Both the position numbers and the translations under genes were made by a program. This document shows positions 43,885 through 53,553 of a DNA stretch of 64,000 bases, piece after piece (the stretch's first letter is position 1; each line of letters begins with the position of its first letter). The notes under the pieces are model-generated. The model did not search any database. It was not told where the DNA came from and was given only the letters and a program-made list of their open reading frames with translations. The stretch is from Patescibacteria group bacterium. GTDB lineage: Bacteria > Patescibacteriota > Patescibacteriia > JAHJFT01. Location of the stretch: assembly GCA_028710985.1 (NCBI GenBank), contig JAQTTB010000001.1:88021-152020 (forward strand), in the 5' to 3' direction.

Positions 43885-44982
43885 GTGTCTCTTCCCGAAA
43901 AAGCCTACTGGGTCGCTTTTGGCCAAATTTCACGCCTCACGCCCGTAAGGTTCAAAAAAATTATTTCCTACTTCCCGTCGCTTGAAACCGCCTGGTTTGC
44001 AAGCCGCGACGAATTTCATCGCGCCGGCCTGGATCAGGAGGCGGTGGATGATTTTTTTATTAAACGCTCCACCCTGAATCCGGCCGAACTCTGGCAAAGG
44101 GTGGTTGACGAGGATATCGCCGTCGCGACAATTAATGATCCAAATTATCCGGCCATACTTAAAGAAATCTATGATCCGCCGCCGTTTCTTTATTACCGCG
44201 GCAATCTTGAAAATCCGGACGAATTCCGCCTTGCCGTGGTCGGCACAAGAAAAACCTCGCCCTACGGACGACAGGTCGCCGAAGAACTAGTGCGCGATCT
44301 CGCGGTGCAAAAACTCTGCATCGTGAGCGGGCTCGCCCTTGGCATCGATTCTCTTGCCCATGAAGCCGCTCTTTCGACCGGTGGCCGCACCATCGCCGTG
44401 CTCGGCTCAGGCCTGGACCGCGCAAGCATCTATCCGCATACCAACCGTCGCTTAGCTGAACGCATCGTTGATTCCGGCGGCGCGGTCGTCTCCGAGCTGC
44501 CGCTTGGTAGCCTCGCGCTCAAGCATCATTTTCCGGCGCGCAACCGCATCATCTCCGGGCTTGCGCTCGGCACGCTCGTGGTTGAAGCCGGCGAAGAATC
44601 CGGTTCGCTCATCACCGCCCGCGCCGCTCTTGACCAGGGACGCGAAGTTTTTGCGGTTCCGGGTCCGATTCATTCCCCGACCGCCGCCGGCCCGAACGCG
44701 CTTATTAAAATGGGCGCCCACCCGGTCACCGAATGGCGCGATATATTGGAAGCGCTGAATTTGAATCAGGTCAAAAATTATATTGAAAACCAGAAAATTC
44801 TCCCAGCCTCGTCCGAAGAGGAAAAAATCCTCGCCCTACTCACCCGCGAGCCAACTCACATTGATGCAATTATCAAACAATGCGGCATCCCGGCCGCCGC
44901 CGTGGCGGGCGCGCTTTCACTCATGGAAATGAAAGGCAAGGTGCGCAATCTCGGCGGAATGAATTACGTACTCGGGAGATAA
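43885..44982 (+). CDS. dprA: DNA-processing protein DprA (Smf).
   Basis: Rossmann block GTRKTSPYGRQVAEELVRDLA ... VVEAGEESGSLITA. GTG start. Confidence 0.85.
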   Translation: MSLPEKAYWVAFGQISRLTPVRFKKIISYFPSLETAWFASRDEFHRAGLDQEAVDDFFIKRSTLNPAELWQRVVDEDIAVATINDPNYPAILKEIYDPPPFLYYRGNLENPDEFRLAVVGTRKTSPYGRQVAEELVRDLAVQKLCIVSGLALGIDSLAHEAALSTGGRTIAVLGSGLDRASIYPHTNRRLAERIVDSGGAVVSELPLGSLALKHHFPARNRIISGLALGTLVVEAGEESGSLITARAALDQGREVFAVPGPIHSPTAAGPNALIKMGAHPVTEWRDILEALNLNQVKNYIENQKILPASSEEEKILALLTREPTHIDAIIKQCGIPAAAVAGALSLMEMKGKVRNLGGMNYVLGR

Positions 44983-45036
44983 TATTTGCCAAACTCATAC
45001 AAAAAAATATATAATGCATAAAAATAATCATACTCC

Positions 45037-47229
45037 ATGAAACTTCTCATCGTTGAGTCGCCGACAAAAGCAAAAACAATCTCGCGTTTCTTAGGGAGCG
45101 GATTCAATGTCCAGTCTTCTTTTGGACACCTGCGCGATTTGCCGAAAAGCAAAATGGGCGTTGACGTTGAAAATAATTTTGCTCCTTCCTACGTAATTCC
45201 GGCCGATAAACGCAAACAGGTAACGATTCTCAAAAAAGAAGCGGAAAAATCCGATGAAATATATTATGCGACTGACGAAGACCGCGAAGGCGAAGCCATT
45301 GCCTGGCATCTGGCGCAGATCCTGGGCGACGATCCCGCAAAATCCAAAAGAATAACCTTTCACGAGATAACAGAAAGCGCGCTCAAAGAAGCACTCGAAA
45401 ATCCGCACCATATTGATATGAATATGGTTGATGCCCAGCAGGCGCGCCGGATTCTCGACCGCTTGGTCGGCTACGAACTTTCACCATTCTTATGGCGCAA
45501 GGTCGCCAAGGGTTTATCTGCCGGCCGCGTCCAATCCGTGGCCGTCCGCCTCATCGTTGAACGCGAGCGCGAGATCCTGGCTTTTAAACCCGAGGAATAC
45601 TGGACTATCGAAGCCATGCTCGCGAAAATAGGCGGAAAAGGCGATTTCACCGCCCGGCTGAATAGAATCGACGGTAAAACTTTGAACAAGCTCGCTTTAA
45701 AAAATAAAGACCAAGTGCTTCCAATATTGAAAGATCTCCGGTCTGCCGATTATCTGATTAACGACGTGATAAAGAAAGAAATTAAGCGGAATCCCCTGCC
45801 GCCTTACACCACCTCAACGCTCCAGCAGGATGCGAACCGCCGGCACGGATTTTCGGCCAAACAAACCATGATGCTCGCCCAGCAGCTTTACGAAGGCGTG
45901 GAGCTCAGCGGCCGCGGACAAGTCGGTCTTATCACATACATGCGTACCGATTCGGTGAACCTCGCAGAAAAATTCATCGGTCAAGCCAAGGATTTTATAC
46001 AATCCGAATTTGGAAAAGAATATCTGCCTCCGACAACGCGGCGCTTCAAGACAAAGAGCAAACTCGCCCAGGAAGCCCATGAAGCCATCCGTCCGACCGA
46101 CCCGGCTAACCGCCCGAACGATGTAAAAAAATTCTTAAACGCAAACCAATATCGGCTTTACGACCTCATCTGGCGCCGCTCCTTGGCTTCGCAAATGGAG
46201 TCCGCCCATCTCTCGCAAACCACGGCCGATATCAGCGCCGGACGCTTCGAATTGCGCGCCACCGGCTCGGTAATTGATTTCCCCGGGTTTCTCAAAGCCT
46301 ACGGCGAATATAGCGAAACAAATATTCTACCCCCGCTTGAAAAAGGTGAGAAGCTTAATCTCAAAGAACTTCTGGACAAACAGCACTTTACCGAACCAGC
46401 CGCCCGGTATTCCGACGCCACGCTCGTCAAGGCCCTGGAAGAATATGGCATCGGCCGGCCTTCAACCTACGCTCCGACCATCGCCACCATCATTGAAAGA
46501 AACTACGTGACGCGCGATGAAAAAAAACGGCTCGCACCCACAGAAATGGCTTTTATCGTGAACGACATACTCTGCGAACATTTTCCGCAAATTGTTGATT
46601 TTAAATTCACTGCCGAAATGGAAGAAAACCTTGACGGAATCGCCGAGGGCAAAAAAGGCTGGACGCCAGTATTGAAAGAATTCTACGTTCCATTCCATAA
46701 AAACCTTCTGGAGAAAGAAAAAGAACTTACGAAAAAAGAATTAACCGAAGAGCCGACCGGAGAAGCTTGTGAAAAATGCGGCAAACCGATGATTAAAAAA
46801 ATCGGCCGATTTGGCGCGTTCCTCGCCTGTAGCGGATTTCCCGAATGTCGCAACACCAAACCGATTGGCGGCGAATCCGAAATTCCGGCGACCGACGAAA
46901 AATGCGAGCAGTGCGGCGCGCCGCTCGTGACGAAGCACGGCCGGTTTGGCGCGTTCCTCGCCTGCTCGCGTTATCCAGATTGCAAGTACATCAAAAAAAC
47001 CCAAAAATCAACCGGAGTAAAATGTCCGTCATGCAAAGAGGGAGACATAATTTCTCGGCGCTCCAAGCGCGGCAAAATTTTCTACGGCTGCAGCCGCTAC
47101 CCAAAATGCGACTTTGCCCTGTGGCAAAGGCCGACCGGCGAGATCTGTCCTAAGTGCAGCTCTCTTATCGTTCAAAAAAATCAAAAGCAAGTCGCCTGCT
47201 CCAATAAAGACTGCGATTTTATAAAATAA
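45037..47229 (+). CDS. topA: DNA topoisomerase I with C-terminal zinc ribbons.
   Basis: Toprim MKLLIVESPTKAKTI. Three C4 ribbons: CEKCGKPM..C, CEQCGAP..C, CPSC..C..C. Confidence 0.9.
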   Translation: MKLLIVESPTKAKTISRFLGSGFNVQSSFGHLRDLPKSKMGVDVENNFAPSYVIPADKRKQVTILKKEAEKSDEIYYATDEDREGEAIAWHLAQILGDDPAKSKRITFHEITESALKEALENPHHIDMNMVDAQQARRILDRLVGYELSPFLWRKVAKGLSAGRVQSVAVRLIVEREREILAFKPEEYWTIEAMLAKIGGKGDFTARLNRIDGKTLNKLALKNKDQVLPILKDLRSADYLINDVIKKEIKRNPLPPYTTSTLQQDANRRHGFSAKQTMMLAQQLYEGVELSGRGQVGLITYMRTDSVNLAEKFIGQAKDFIQSEFGKEYLPPTTRRFKTKSKLAQEAHEAIRPTDPANRPNDVKKFLNANQYRLYDLIWRRSLASQMESAHLSQTTADISAGRFELRATGSVIDFPGFLKAYGEYSETNILPPLEKGEKLNLKELLDKQHFTEPAARYSDATLVKALEEYGIGRPSTYAPTIATIIERNYVTRDEKKRLAPTEMAFIVNDILCEHFPQIVDFKFTAEMEENLDGIAEGKKGWTPVLKEFYVPFHKNLLEKEKELTKKELTEEPTGEACEKCGKPMIKKIGRFGAFLACSGFPECRNTKPIGGESEIPATDEKCEQCGAPLVTKHGRFGAFLACSRYPDCKYIKKTQKSTGVKCPSCKEGDIISRRSKRGKIFYGCSRYPKCDFALWQRPTGEICPKCSSLIVQKNQKQVACSNKDCDFIK

Positions 47230-47230
47230 A

Positions 47231-47281
47231 AAATCGCCCCGGCGTACGGGTCGCATATATGCGATGCCCCGAGGCGATTTT
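47231..47281. terminator. Bidirectional rho-independent terminator between convergent topA and 47283..47804. It carries the GGGTCGCATATATGCGA palindromic core.
   Basis: AAAAATCGCCCCGG...GGGTCGCATATATGCGATGCCCCGAGGCGATTTTTTT. Confidence 0.6.
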
Positions 47282-47282
47282 T

Positions 47283-47804
47283 TTATTTCTTTTTTCCAGT
47301 CTCCAGGATATCAGCGATGCCGCCAAGATATTTCTTAAGCCAATGATCCCAAATCGTTGCCTTTATAACTTTATACGCACCGTAAATCAAAACCCCGGCC
47401 GCAATAAACGGCGCGGCAGCCAATCCCTTGCCATACCCGGAAATAACTGAGCCTCTTTTTATATCCTTGCGCACTTTTTTTTCTTCCGCCTTATCAAATC
47501 TTTGCTCAGCGTCATTTTCTCTTACCGGAAGCGCTTCAATCTGCTTTTTTACTTTAGCAACCCCTTCTTCAACCGCTTTCTCTTCAGCCTTGGCCCGTTG
47601 TTTCTTCTCTTTATTTGACTCTCCCGCAGCTTCTTTCTCCTCCCGTTCTTTCTCGCCGGATTCCTTGGCGCGCGCCAAAACATCAACCGACTCCTCCGGA
47701 GTCCCCGGTGTTTTACTTTCTTGACGCTCTTTTTCACCAGCCGCTTTGGCGCTGGCCAGGACATCAACCGACTCCTCCGGAGTCCTTGGATAACCCTCTG
47801 GCAT
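47283..47804 (-). CDS. Lys/Glu-rich protein with a C-terminal transmembrane helix (tail-anchored). It contains an internal tandem duplication of roughly 75 nt / 25 aa (PGTPEESVDVLA[RS]AK..GEKER). Hypothetical.
   Basis: Repeat visible at both DNA and protein level. C-terminal hydrophobic segment AAAPFIAAGVLIYGAY. Confidence 0.4.
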   Translation of the reverse strand: MPEGYPRTPEESVDVLASAKAAGEKERQESKTPGTPEESVDVLARAKESGEKEREEKEAAGESNKEKKQRAKAEEKAVEEGVAKVKKQIEALPVRENDAEQRFDKAEEKKVRKDIKRGSVISGYGKGLAAAPFIAAGVLIYGAYKVIKATIWDHWLKKYLGGIADILETGKKK

Positions 47805-47930
47805 AAAAATTAGAATAATTATTTATTTATATAAGTATTACATGATAAGGGTCAGTTTGTCAAAAAAATTCCCGCCCGAGAGGGGTGTGGACATTTTATC
47901 AAATCGCGGTATATAATAAAAAATACCTCT

Positions 47931-49412
47931 ATGACCATCAATGATTTGCTGAAAATCGCCAAAGAGAACAACCCCAAAGCCGATTTGGACTCAATCCGGC
48001 TCGCTTTTGATTTTGCCGAGCAAGCTCATCATGGCCAAACCCGCCTCTCCGGAGAACCTTATATTGAACACTCTCTTGAAACCGCGAAAACCCTGGCCGA
48101 AATGAAACTCAATGTTCCGATTATCCAGGCCGGCCTACTGCACGACGTGCCGGAAGATACGGACACCACTCTTGAAGAAATTGAAAAAAATTTCGGCGCC
48201 GATGTCGCCCAGATGGTTATGGGGATTACCAAGCTCGGTAAAATCAAATACCGCGGTATGGACCGCTATATCGAAAATCTGCGCAAGATGTTCATCGCCA
48301 TGGCAAGCGACGTGCGCGTAATCTTTATTAAATTCGCCGACCGCATCCATAATCTCCGCACCCTCGACGTTCATTCGCCAAAAAAACGCTACCGAATCGC
48401 TCTAGAGTCTCTTGAAATTTACGCGCCGATCGCCAACCGACTCGGCATGGGTGAAATAAAGGGCACCCTTGAAGATTTATCATTCAAGTATGTATATCCA
48501 AAAGAATATCAATGGACAATCGGACTCATGACCGAACGGCGTGAGGTTAAGGAAAAATCCCTCAAGGATATAATAAAAAAAGCGCGCCACGAAATTGAAC
48601 AATCCGGCTTTAATATTATTGATATACACGGCCGCGCCAAGCATATCTATTCGCTTTATAAAAAACTACTCCGCTACGACCGCGACATTAATATGATTCA
48701 CGATCTGGTTGCCGTCCGCATCATCGTAGAAGACATCGCCGATTGCTACGGCGTGCTTGGTATTATCCACTCAAAATGGCCGCCAATGAAAGCGCGAATT
48801 AAAGATTACATCGCCCAGCCGAAACCCAACGGATATAAATCCCTGCACACCACGGTTTTCTGCGATAACGGAGAAATCGTTGAATTCCAAATCCGCACCG
48901 AAGGAATGCACGACGAAGCCGAACTTGGTATCGCCGCGCACTGGAACTATGAAGAGTCAATAAAATCCAAACGCCGCAGCGAAAAACAAATTCAGTGGGT
49001 GAATGAACTCGCCCAAATCCAGGAACAGCTCCAGTCCCGCACGCAGTATTTAAGAAATCTCGAGGACCTGAAGATTGATGTTTTCCAGACCCATATCTTT
49101 GTTATTACCCCAAAGGGCGATGTCATCGACCTGCCCGAAGATTCCACGCCGGTTGATTTTGCGTACGCGATTCACTCGGAAATCGGCGACAAATGCGTCG
49201 GCGTAAAAATCAACGGCGAAATGACGAATCTTGATACCCGGCTAAAGAGCGGCGACCTTGTGGAAATTATTATTGATAAAAAACGCAAAGGACCGAATCC
49301 CGATTGGTTAAAATTCGCCAAGACCTCCAGCGCCAAGGCGAAAATCCGCACCAAAACAAAAATAAAAATCACGGACTGGTTAAAATCCGTGATCCCTCCG
49401 ATGAAAAAATAG
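47931..49412 (+). CDS. RelA/SpoT-homolog (p)ppGpp synthetase/hydrolase, short form: HD + synthetase + TGS, no ACT/RRM.
   Basis: HD block HHGQTRLSGEPYIEHSL...LLHDVPEDT. Synthetase block RIKDYIAQPKPNGYKSLHTTV. TGS block VITPKGDVIDLPEDSTPVDFAY. The protein is 493 aa and ends shortly after the TGS domain. Confidence 0.8.
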   Translation: MTINDLLKIAKENNPKADLDSIRLAFDFAEQAHHGQTRLSGEPYIEHSLETAKTLAEMKLNVPIIQAGLLHDVPEDTDTTLEEIEKNFGADVAQMVMGITKLGKIKYRGMDRYIENLRKMFIAMASDVRVIFIKFADRIHNLRTLDVHSPKKRYRIALESLEIYAPIANRLGMGEIKGTLEDLSFKYVYPKEYQWTIGLMTERREVKEKSLKDIIKKARHEIEQSGFNIIDIHGRAKHIYSLYKKLLRYDRDINMIHDLVAVRIIVEDIADCYGVLGIIHSKWPPMKARIKDYIAQPKPNGYKSLHTTVFCDNGEIVEFQIRTEGMHDEAELGIAAHWNYEESIKSKRRSEKQIQWVNELAQIQEQLQSRTQYLRNLEDLKIDVFQTHIFVITPKGDVIDLPEDSTPVDFAYAIHSEIGDKCVGVKINGEMTNLDTRLKSGDLVEIIIDKKRKGPNPDWLKFAKTSSAKAKIRTKTKIKITDWLKSVIPPMKK

Positions 49413-49414
49413 TA

Positions 49415-50281
49415 TCACTCCGTCAGCCGCAATATCAAATTATTGAACTCCTCGTCCGAATAATACTCAATGATAATCTGCCCGCCGTCGCGGCGTTTTT
49501 TTATTTCAACCTTGGTGCCGAGCGCGGTGCGCAGCGCGTCTTCCTTGGCCGCGAGATTCGGATCGCTCGCCGCCTCGGCCGAAACCCGGCCCATGCCGAC
49601 ACGCTTCTCCGTATCCCGAACCGTCATTTTATCGCGGATAATTTTCTTGAAAAGCTTGAGCTGAGCCCGCGGCGAATCGAGCGCGAGCAGGGTGCGGGCC
49701 TGCGTGTATGGCATCTCGCCGCTTGCCACCGCTTCCTGAATTTCAAGCGGCAGATCCAGGAGCCGGACAAAATTCGCGACCTGCGGCCGGCTCTTGCCCA
49801 CGCGCTTTGCCACCTCTTCCTGCGTCAGGCTGAATTCATCAATCAGACGCTTATAAGCCTTTGCCTCTTCCATGGGATTTAAATCCTGGCGCTGGATGTT
49901 CTCAATAAGCGCGAATTCCAGTTTTTGCTGGTCCTTGACCGTGCGCACAACTGCCGGCACGGTGCGGAGTCCGGCCATCTTTGCGGCGCGCCACCGGCGC
50001 TCGCCGGCAATAAGTTCATATTTATCATCCTTGGGGCTCAAAATCAGGGGCTGGAGGATGCCATGCTCCTTGATTGACGCAATAAGATCCTCCATTTCGT
50101 CATGATGGAAGCTTTCGCGCGGCTGGTGCGGATTGGGAACAATATCTTCAATCAAAATTTCCGCGATTTCCCGTCCCGTCGCCACCGGCCGCTTTGCATC
50201 ACCCGCCGCCTCAGCGGACGGTGAGCTAGATGGAATAAGCGAACTGAGTCCGCGTCCGAGTCCTCCTTTGCCTAGCATCAT
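49415..50281 (-). CDS. parB: Chromosome partitioning protein ParB (Spo0J).
   Basis: GLGRGLSSLIP ... ELIAGERRWRAAKMAGL. Confidence 0.85.
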   Translation of the reverse strand: MMLGKGGLGRGLSSLIPSSSPSAEAAGDAKRPVATGREIAEILIEDIVPNPHQPRESFHHDEMEDLIASIKEHGILQPLILSPKDDKYELIAGERRWRAAKMAGLRTVPAVVRTVKDQQKLEFALIENIQRQDLNPMEEAKAYKRLIDEFSLTQEEVAKRVGKSRPQVANFVRLLDLPLEIQEAVASGEMPYTQARTLLALDSPRAQLKLFKKIIRDKMTVRDTEKRVGMGRVSAEAASDPNLAAKEDALRTALGTKVEIKKRRDGGQIIIEYYSDEEFNNLILRLTE

Positions 50282-50299
50282 AAAATATTAAACAAGATA

Positions 50300-51091
50300 T
50301 TAAAATGAGTTTTGATTTCCTTCTCCGCCGCGCTCCTGAAGCAAAAACTCTTTTGCGAGTCTTTCGTACGCGCGCGCTCCCCGGCTCGTTGGATCATAAT
50401 GCAGGATTGAACGGCCGTAGCTCGGCGCTTCGGCCAAGCGCACGGACCGGGGAATTACGGAACGATAAATTTTATTTGGAAAATACTTGTACAATTCCTG
50501 AAAAACCTCGTTAGAGAGGTTGGTCCGCGGGTCAAACATGGTCACCACCGCGCCGCGCACATTAAGATTTGGCTGGAGATGCTCCTTGACGAGGTTCACG
50601 GTGTTCAGGAGCTGGCCCAAACCCTCAAGCGCGTAATATTCTGACTGCACCGGTATGAGCACCTGGTCGGCGGCCGAAAGGCCGTTGATGGTTAAGAGCC
50701 CGAGCGACGGCGGACAATCAATCAAAATATAATCATAGTCATTCCGGATCTCAAGCAAGGCGTCGCGCAGGCGGTATTCACGATTTTCCGCGTTTACAAG
50801 TTCCACGCTCGCGCCCGCGAGATTAAGATTTGCCGGCGCCACGCGGTAACCCTCCTGCTCGGTCGGCTTGATTACGTCCCTGACTTTATGCTCGCCGATC
50901 AAAACTTCATAAATGCCCTTGTCCAGATTTTGATAATCAATGCCCAGCCCCGAGGTCGCGTTGGCCTGCGGGTCCATATCCACGAGCAAAATAAATTTGC
51001 CCATTGCCGCAAGATACGCGCCGAGGTTTACGGCCGTCGTTGTCTTTCCGACTCCCCCTTTTTGATTCACCACGGTAATAATTTGCGCCAT
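50300..51091 (-). CDS. parA: Chromosome partitioning ATPase ParA (Soj).
   Basis: Deviant Walker A: VNQKGGVGKTTTAVNLG. Start taken at MAQIITVV. Confidence 0.85.
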   Translation of the reverse strand: MAQIITVVNQKGGVGKTTTAVNLGAYLAAMGKFILLVDMDPQANATSGLGIDYQNLDKGIYEVLIGEHKVRDVIKPTEQEGYRVAPANLNLAGASVELVNAENREYRLRDALLEIRNDYDYILIDCPPSLGLLTINGLSAADQVLIPVQSEYYALEGLGQLLNTVNLVKEHLQPNLNVRGAVVTMFDPRTNLSNEVFQELYKYFPNKIYRSVIPRSVRLAEAPSYGRSILHYDPTSRGARAYERLAKEFLLQERGGEGNQNSF

Positions 51092-51181
51092 ATTGCTTAA
51101 AGTATAGCCAAAACCGCCGAATTTGGCAAGCATTGACTTTTATGTAAAAATAGGCTATAATCGCAAACATACTGGCACGAA

Positions 51182-51268
51182 GCCGGAGTGGTGGAATGGT
51201 AGACACGCACGACTCAAAATCGTGTGAGGTAACCCCTCATGAGGGTTCAAGTCCCTCCTCCGGCACCA
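51182..51268 (+). tRNA. tRNA-Leu (anticodon CAA), class II with a long variable arm. CCA is encoded.
   Basis: GCCGGAG...CUCAAAA...GGTTCAAGTCCC...CTCCGGCACCA. Confidence 0.85.
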
Positions 51269-51311
51269 TGATTGACAATACGACGTAAATATAATAGAAT
51301 TCAAACTACAT

Positions 51312-51387
51312 CGCGGGGTAGAGCAGTTGGCAGCTCGCCAGGCCCATAACCTGGAGGTCGCTGGTTCAAGTCCAGCCCCCGCAACCA
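51312..51387 (+). tRNA. Initiator-type tRNA-Met (anticodon CAU) with the C1·A72 mismatch.
   Basis: CGCGGGGTAGAGCAGTTGGCAGCTCGCCAGGCCCATAACCTGGAGGTCGCTGGTTCAAGTCCAGCCCCCGCAACCA. Very close to E. coli tRNAfMet. Position 33 reads C rather than U. Confidence 0.75.
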
Positions 51388-51452
51388 AAAATATCTCATC
51401 CCCATGATGGGATTTTTTTGATAAAAAATACTCCGAATCAAGTTAGATCCGG

Positions 51453-51623
51453 AGCCGGTCAGTCGTCACTCTTATTTCCCCACCTGCTTATGGCGTAAAT
51501 GTAGCCTGTGAAGATGATTGCCATGATGCCGAGGACGCTCCCCGCGATCGCCAGGTCTTTCGCCGATATTTCTGTACAGCCAGTAGTGAGAAGGGAGAAA
51601 AGAGCAATTATCCGCCCTCTCAT
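51453..51623 (-). CDS. Possible small (56 aa) membrane or lipoprotein-like peptide.
   Basis: MRGRIIALFSLLTTGCTEI... followed by one transmembrane helix. Short and unsupported beyond its hydrophobicity pattern. Confidence 0.2.
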
Positions 51624-51760
51624 GTTTTCCTCCTTTGAAAATCATTGCTGACTTTCAAGGACATAATATACCACTTTAATGGTTTTTTGTCAATTGCCCC
51701 TTCTCCCCCATTTCTTGCAAAAAATAGCCAATTTTGCTATCATTTTATTGTAATTTTTAC

Positions 51761-51837
51761 GGCGGGGTAGCTCAGTTGGTTAGAGCGAAGGACTCATAAG
51801 CCTTAGGTCGTGGGTTCGATCCCCACCCCCGCTACCA
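51761..51837 (+). tRNA. tRNA with CAU anticodon: elongator Met or lysidine-modified Ile2.
   Basis: GGCGGGGTAGCTCAGTTGGTTAGAGCGAAGGACTCATAAGCCTTAGGTCGTGGGTTCGATCCCCACCCCCGCTACCA. Confidence 0.75.
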
Positions 51838-51847
51838 ATATTTTTCT

Positions 51848-52315
51848 ATGCTTATCGTCACTCATGCGATCACCGGCGCGGTTGTCGGCCAATTGGTAAA
51901 AAATTCATATATAAGTTTTCTCGCAAGCCTGGTCTTGCATTTTTTGATGGATATTATTCCGCACGGCGACACCGAAGAGTGCCGCCATTATCGCGAAACC
52001 AACCGCGTTTCAAAAAAACTTTTCTACCAGCTCGCCTTCGATATCATCATCATGACTGCCCTTGCCGCCTACTTGTTAATTTTTAAAATACAGGGCTATT
52101 GGTGGCCCACGCTTGCCGGAATCTTGGGCGGCATCCTTCCGGACATGATCGTTGCTTTTCATGAATATAAACCGAATCGCATTACCGCGCCGATCCACTG
52201 GATCCACTTCTGGTGTCATAACATCATCACCGACCGGGCAAAAGACATTCGGCTTCGTTACGCAATAATCCTGCAGCTCGTTGCCATCACGGTCATAATC
52301 GCCCAATTTTTATAA
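51848..52315 (+). CDS. Small polytopic membrane protein, possibly a YdjM/DUF457-like membrane-bound metal-dependent hydrolase.
   Basis: Four hydrophobic helices. HFLMDIIPHGD motif. Low certainty. Confidence 0.35.
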   Translation: MLIVTHAITGAVVGQLVKNSYISFLASLVLHFLMDIIPHGDTEECRHYRETNRVSKKLFYQLAFDIIIMTALAAYLLIFKIQGYWWPTLAGILGGILPDMIVAFHEYKPNRITAPIHWIHFWCHNIITDRAKDIRLRYAIILQLVAITVIIAQFL

Positions 52316-52362
52316 AAATAAAAACGCAGGGGTCGCATATATGCGACCCCTGCGTTTTTTTA
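52316..52362. terminator. Bidirectional terminator built on the GGGGTCGCATATATGCGACCCC palindrome.
   Basis: aaaaacgcaggggtcgcatatatgcgacccctgcgttttttt, between convergent genes. Confidence 0.65.
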
Positions 52363-53553
52363 TTGCAATTTTCTATAAACCTCAACCGTTTTTATTGCCG
52401 CGGTCTTCCAGCTGAATTCCAGCGCCTTGGCTCTGCCGAGCTCCGAATACCGGTTGCGCAATTCCTTATCTCTCAAATAATCGGTTAATGCCTTTTTCAT
52501 CTCGCCGATATCCTCCGGATTGGTGAGCACTGCCGCGCCGGCCGCGACTTCCGGAATTGACGAAACATTGGATGATATTACCGGAACCCCGAGTTTCATG
52601 GCCTCGAGCACCGGCAGGCCGAAGCCCTCGTACAGAGAAGGAAACACAAAAAATAAACAGCACGCCATCAGCGGAAATTTATCTCCGTGCGGAACATATC
52701 CCAGGTACCGCACGAGGGGTGCTCCGATCTTCGCCTTTGCCAAAATATTTATTTCATCCATTTTGTCAAAAAGCTCCTGAAACTTCCATCCCTTGACGCC
52801 GGCAATCAGATATTCTTTGCCGCGCAAAAGTTCGGGCGTTTCTTCAAGCATGTTCTTCAGCGCATCAATAACTAAAATCAAATTCTTTCTCGGCTCAAGC
52901 GTTCCGAGGCTCAGAATATATTCGCTTTTAATATCGTATTTATTTTTTATGGGCTGGCTCAGCCGGCAAAGTCCGTCCTGGCCCATTTCTCCGGGAAGTT
53001 CAACGCCCTCATATATCACGTGAATAATTTCCGGATTAACATGAAAAAGTTGGATGAGATCGCGTTTCGTGGATTCGGAAACCGTGATTATCCGGCTTGC
53101 CGCGGCAACCGCCTTGGGCACGAGCATTTTCGTGGAAACGCTTTTTGAAACGCGCCCGTCCGGAAACCACTCCGGATGCTTGTATATCGCAAGATCATGC
53201 ACCGTGATTACCGTTTTCCCGCGGTAGGTATAGGGCATAATGCCCGACGGCGCGTGAAAAACATCAAGGCTGTCGCGGCCCAGAAAACCGGAAACCAGTA
53301 TATGGGAATACGCAAACGGCAAAAATTTCTTGTATTCATGAAAAGGAAAACGGCGCGTCTTAACATTCGGCGCGCCGCTCGTCACCTCCAGTATCGCGTC
53401 ATCGGTGATCAGATCGTCAAAATATAAAAAATACTCGTTTTCCTGGTCAATCCTCAATATATTTTTTACCAGATAATACGTATAATGGCCGACTCCGGCG
53501 CCTTCGCCGAAACCGGGATTAAGTATTGTCCGGCAATCAATGCCGATTCTCAT
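52360..53553 (-). CDS. Glycosyltransferase, family 4 (GT-B, group 1).
   Basis: MRIGIDCRT N-terminus. EGFGLPVLEAMKLGVPVISSNVSSIPEV. The 47-codon upstream extension in the track is rejected. Confidence 0.8.
   Translation of the reverse strand: MRIGIDCRTILNPGFGEGAGVGHYTYYLVKNILRIDQENEYFLYFDDLITDDAILEVTSGAPNVKTRRFPFHEYKKFLPFAYSHILVSGFLGRDSLDVFHAPSGIMPYTYRGKTVITVHDLAIYKHPEWFPDGRVSKSVSTKMLVPKAVAAASRIITVSESTKRDLIQLFHVNPEIIHVIYEGVELPGEMGQDGLCRLSQPIKNKYDIKSEYILSLGTLEPRKNLILVIDALKNMLEETPELLRGKEYLIAGVKGWKFQELFDKMDEINILAKAKIGAPLVRYLGYVPHGDKFPLMACCLFFVFPSLYEGFGLPVLEAMKLGVPVISSNVSSIPEVAAGAAVLTNPEDIGEMKKALTDYLRDKELRNRYSELGRAKALEFSWKTAAIKTVEVYRKLQ

Noticed and set aside
51155-51388. ORF 51155..51388 on the minus strand (MVAGAGLEPATSRL...).
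   Set aside because: It is antisense to tRNA-Leu and tRNA-fMet. It is a typical tRNA shadow ORF.
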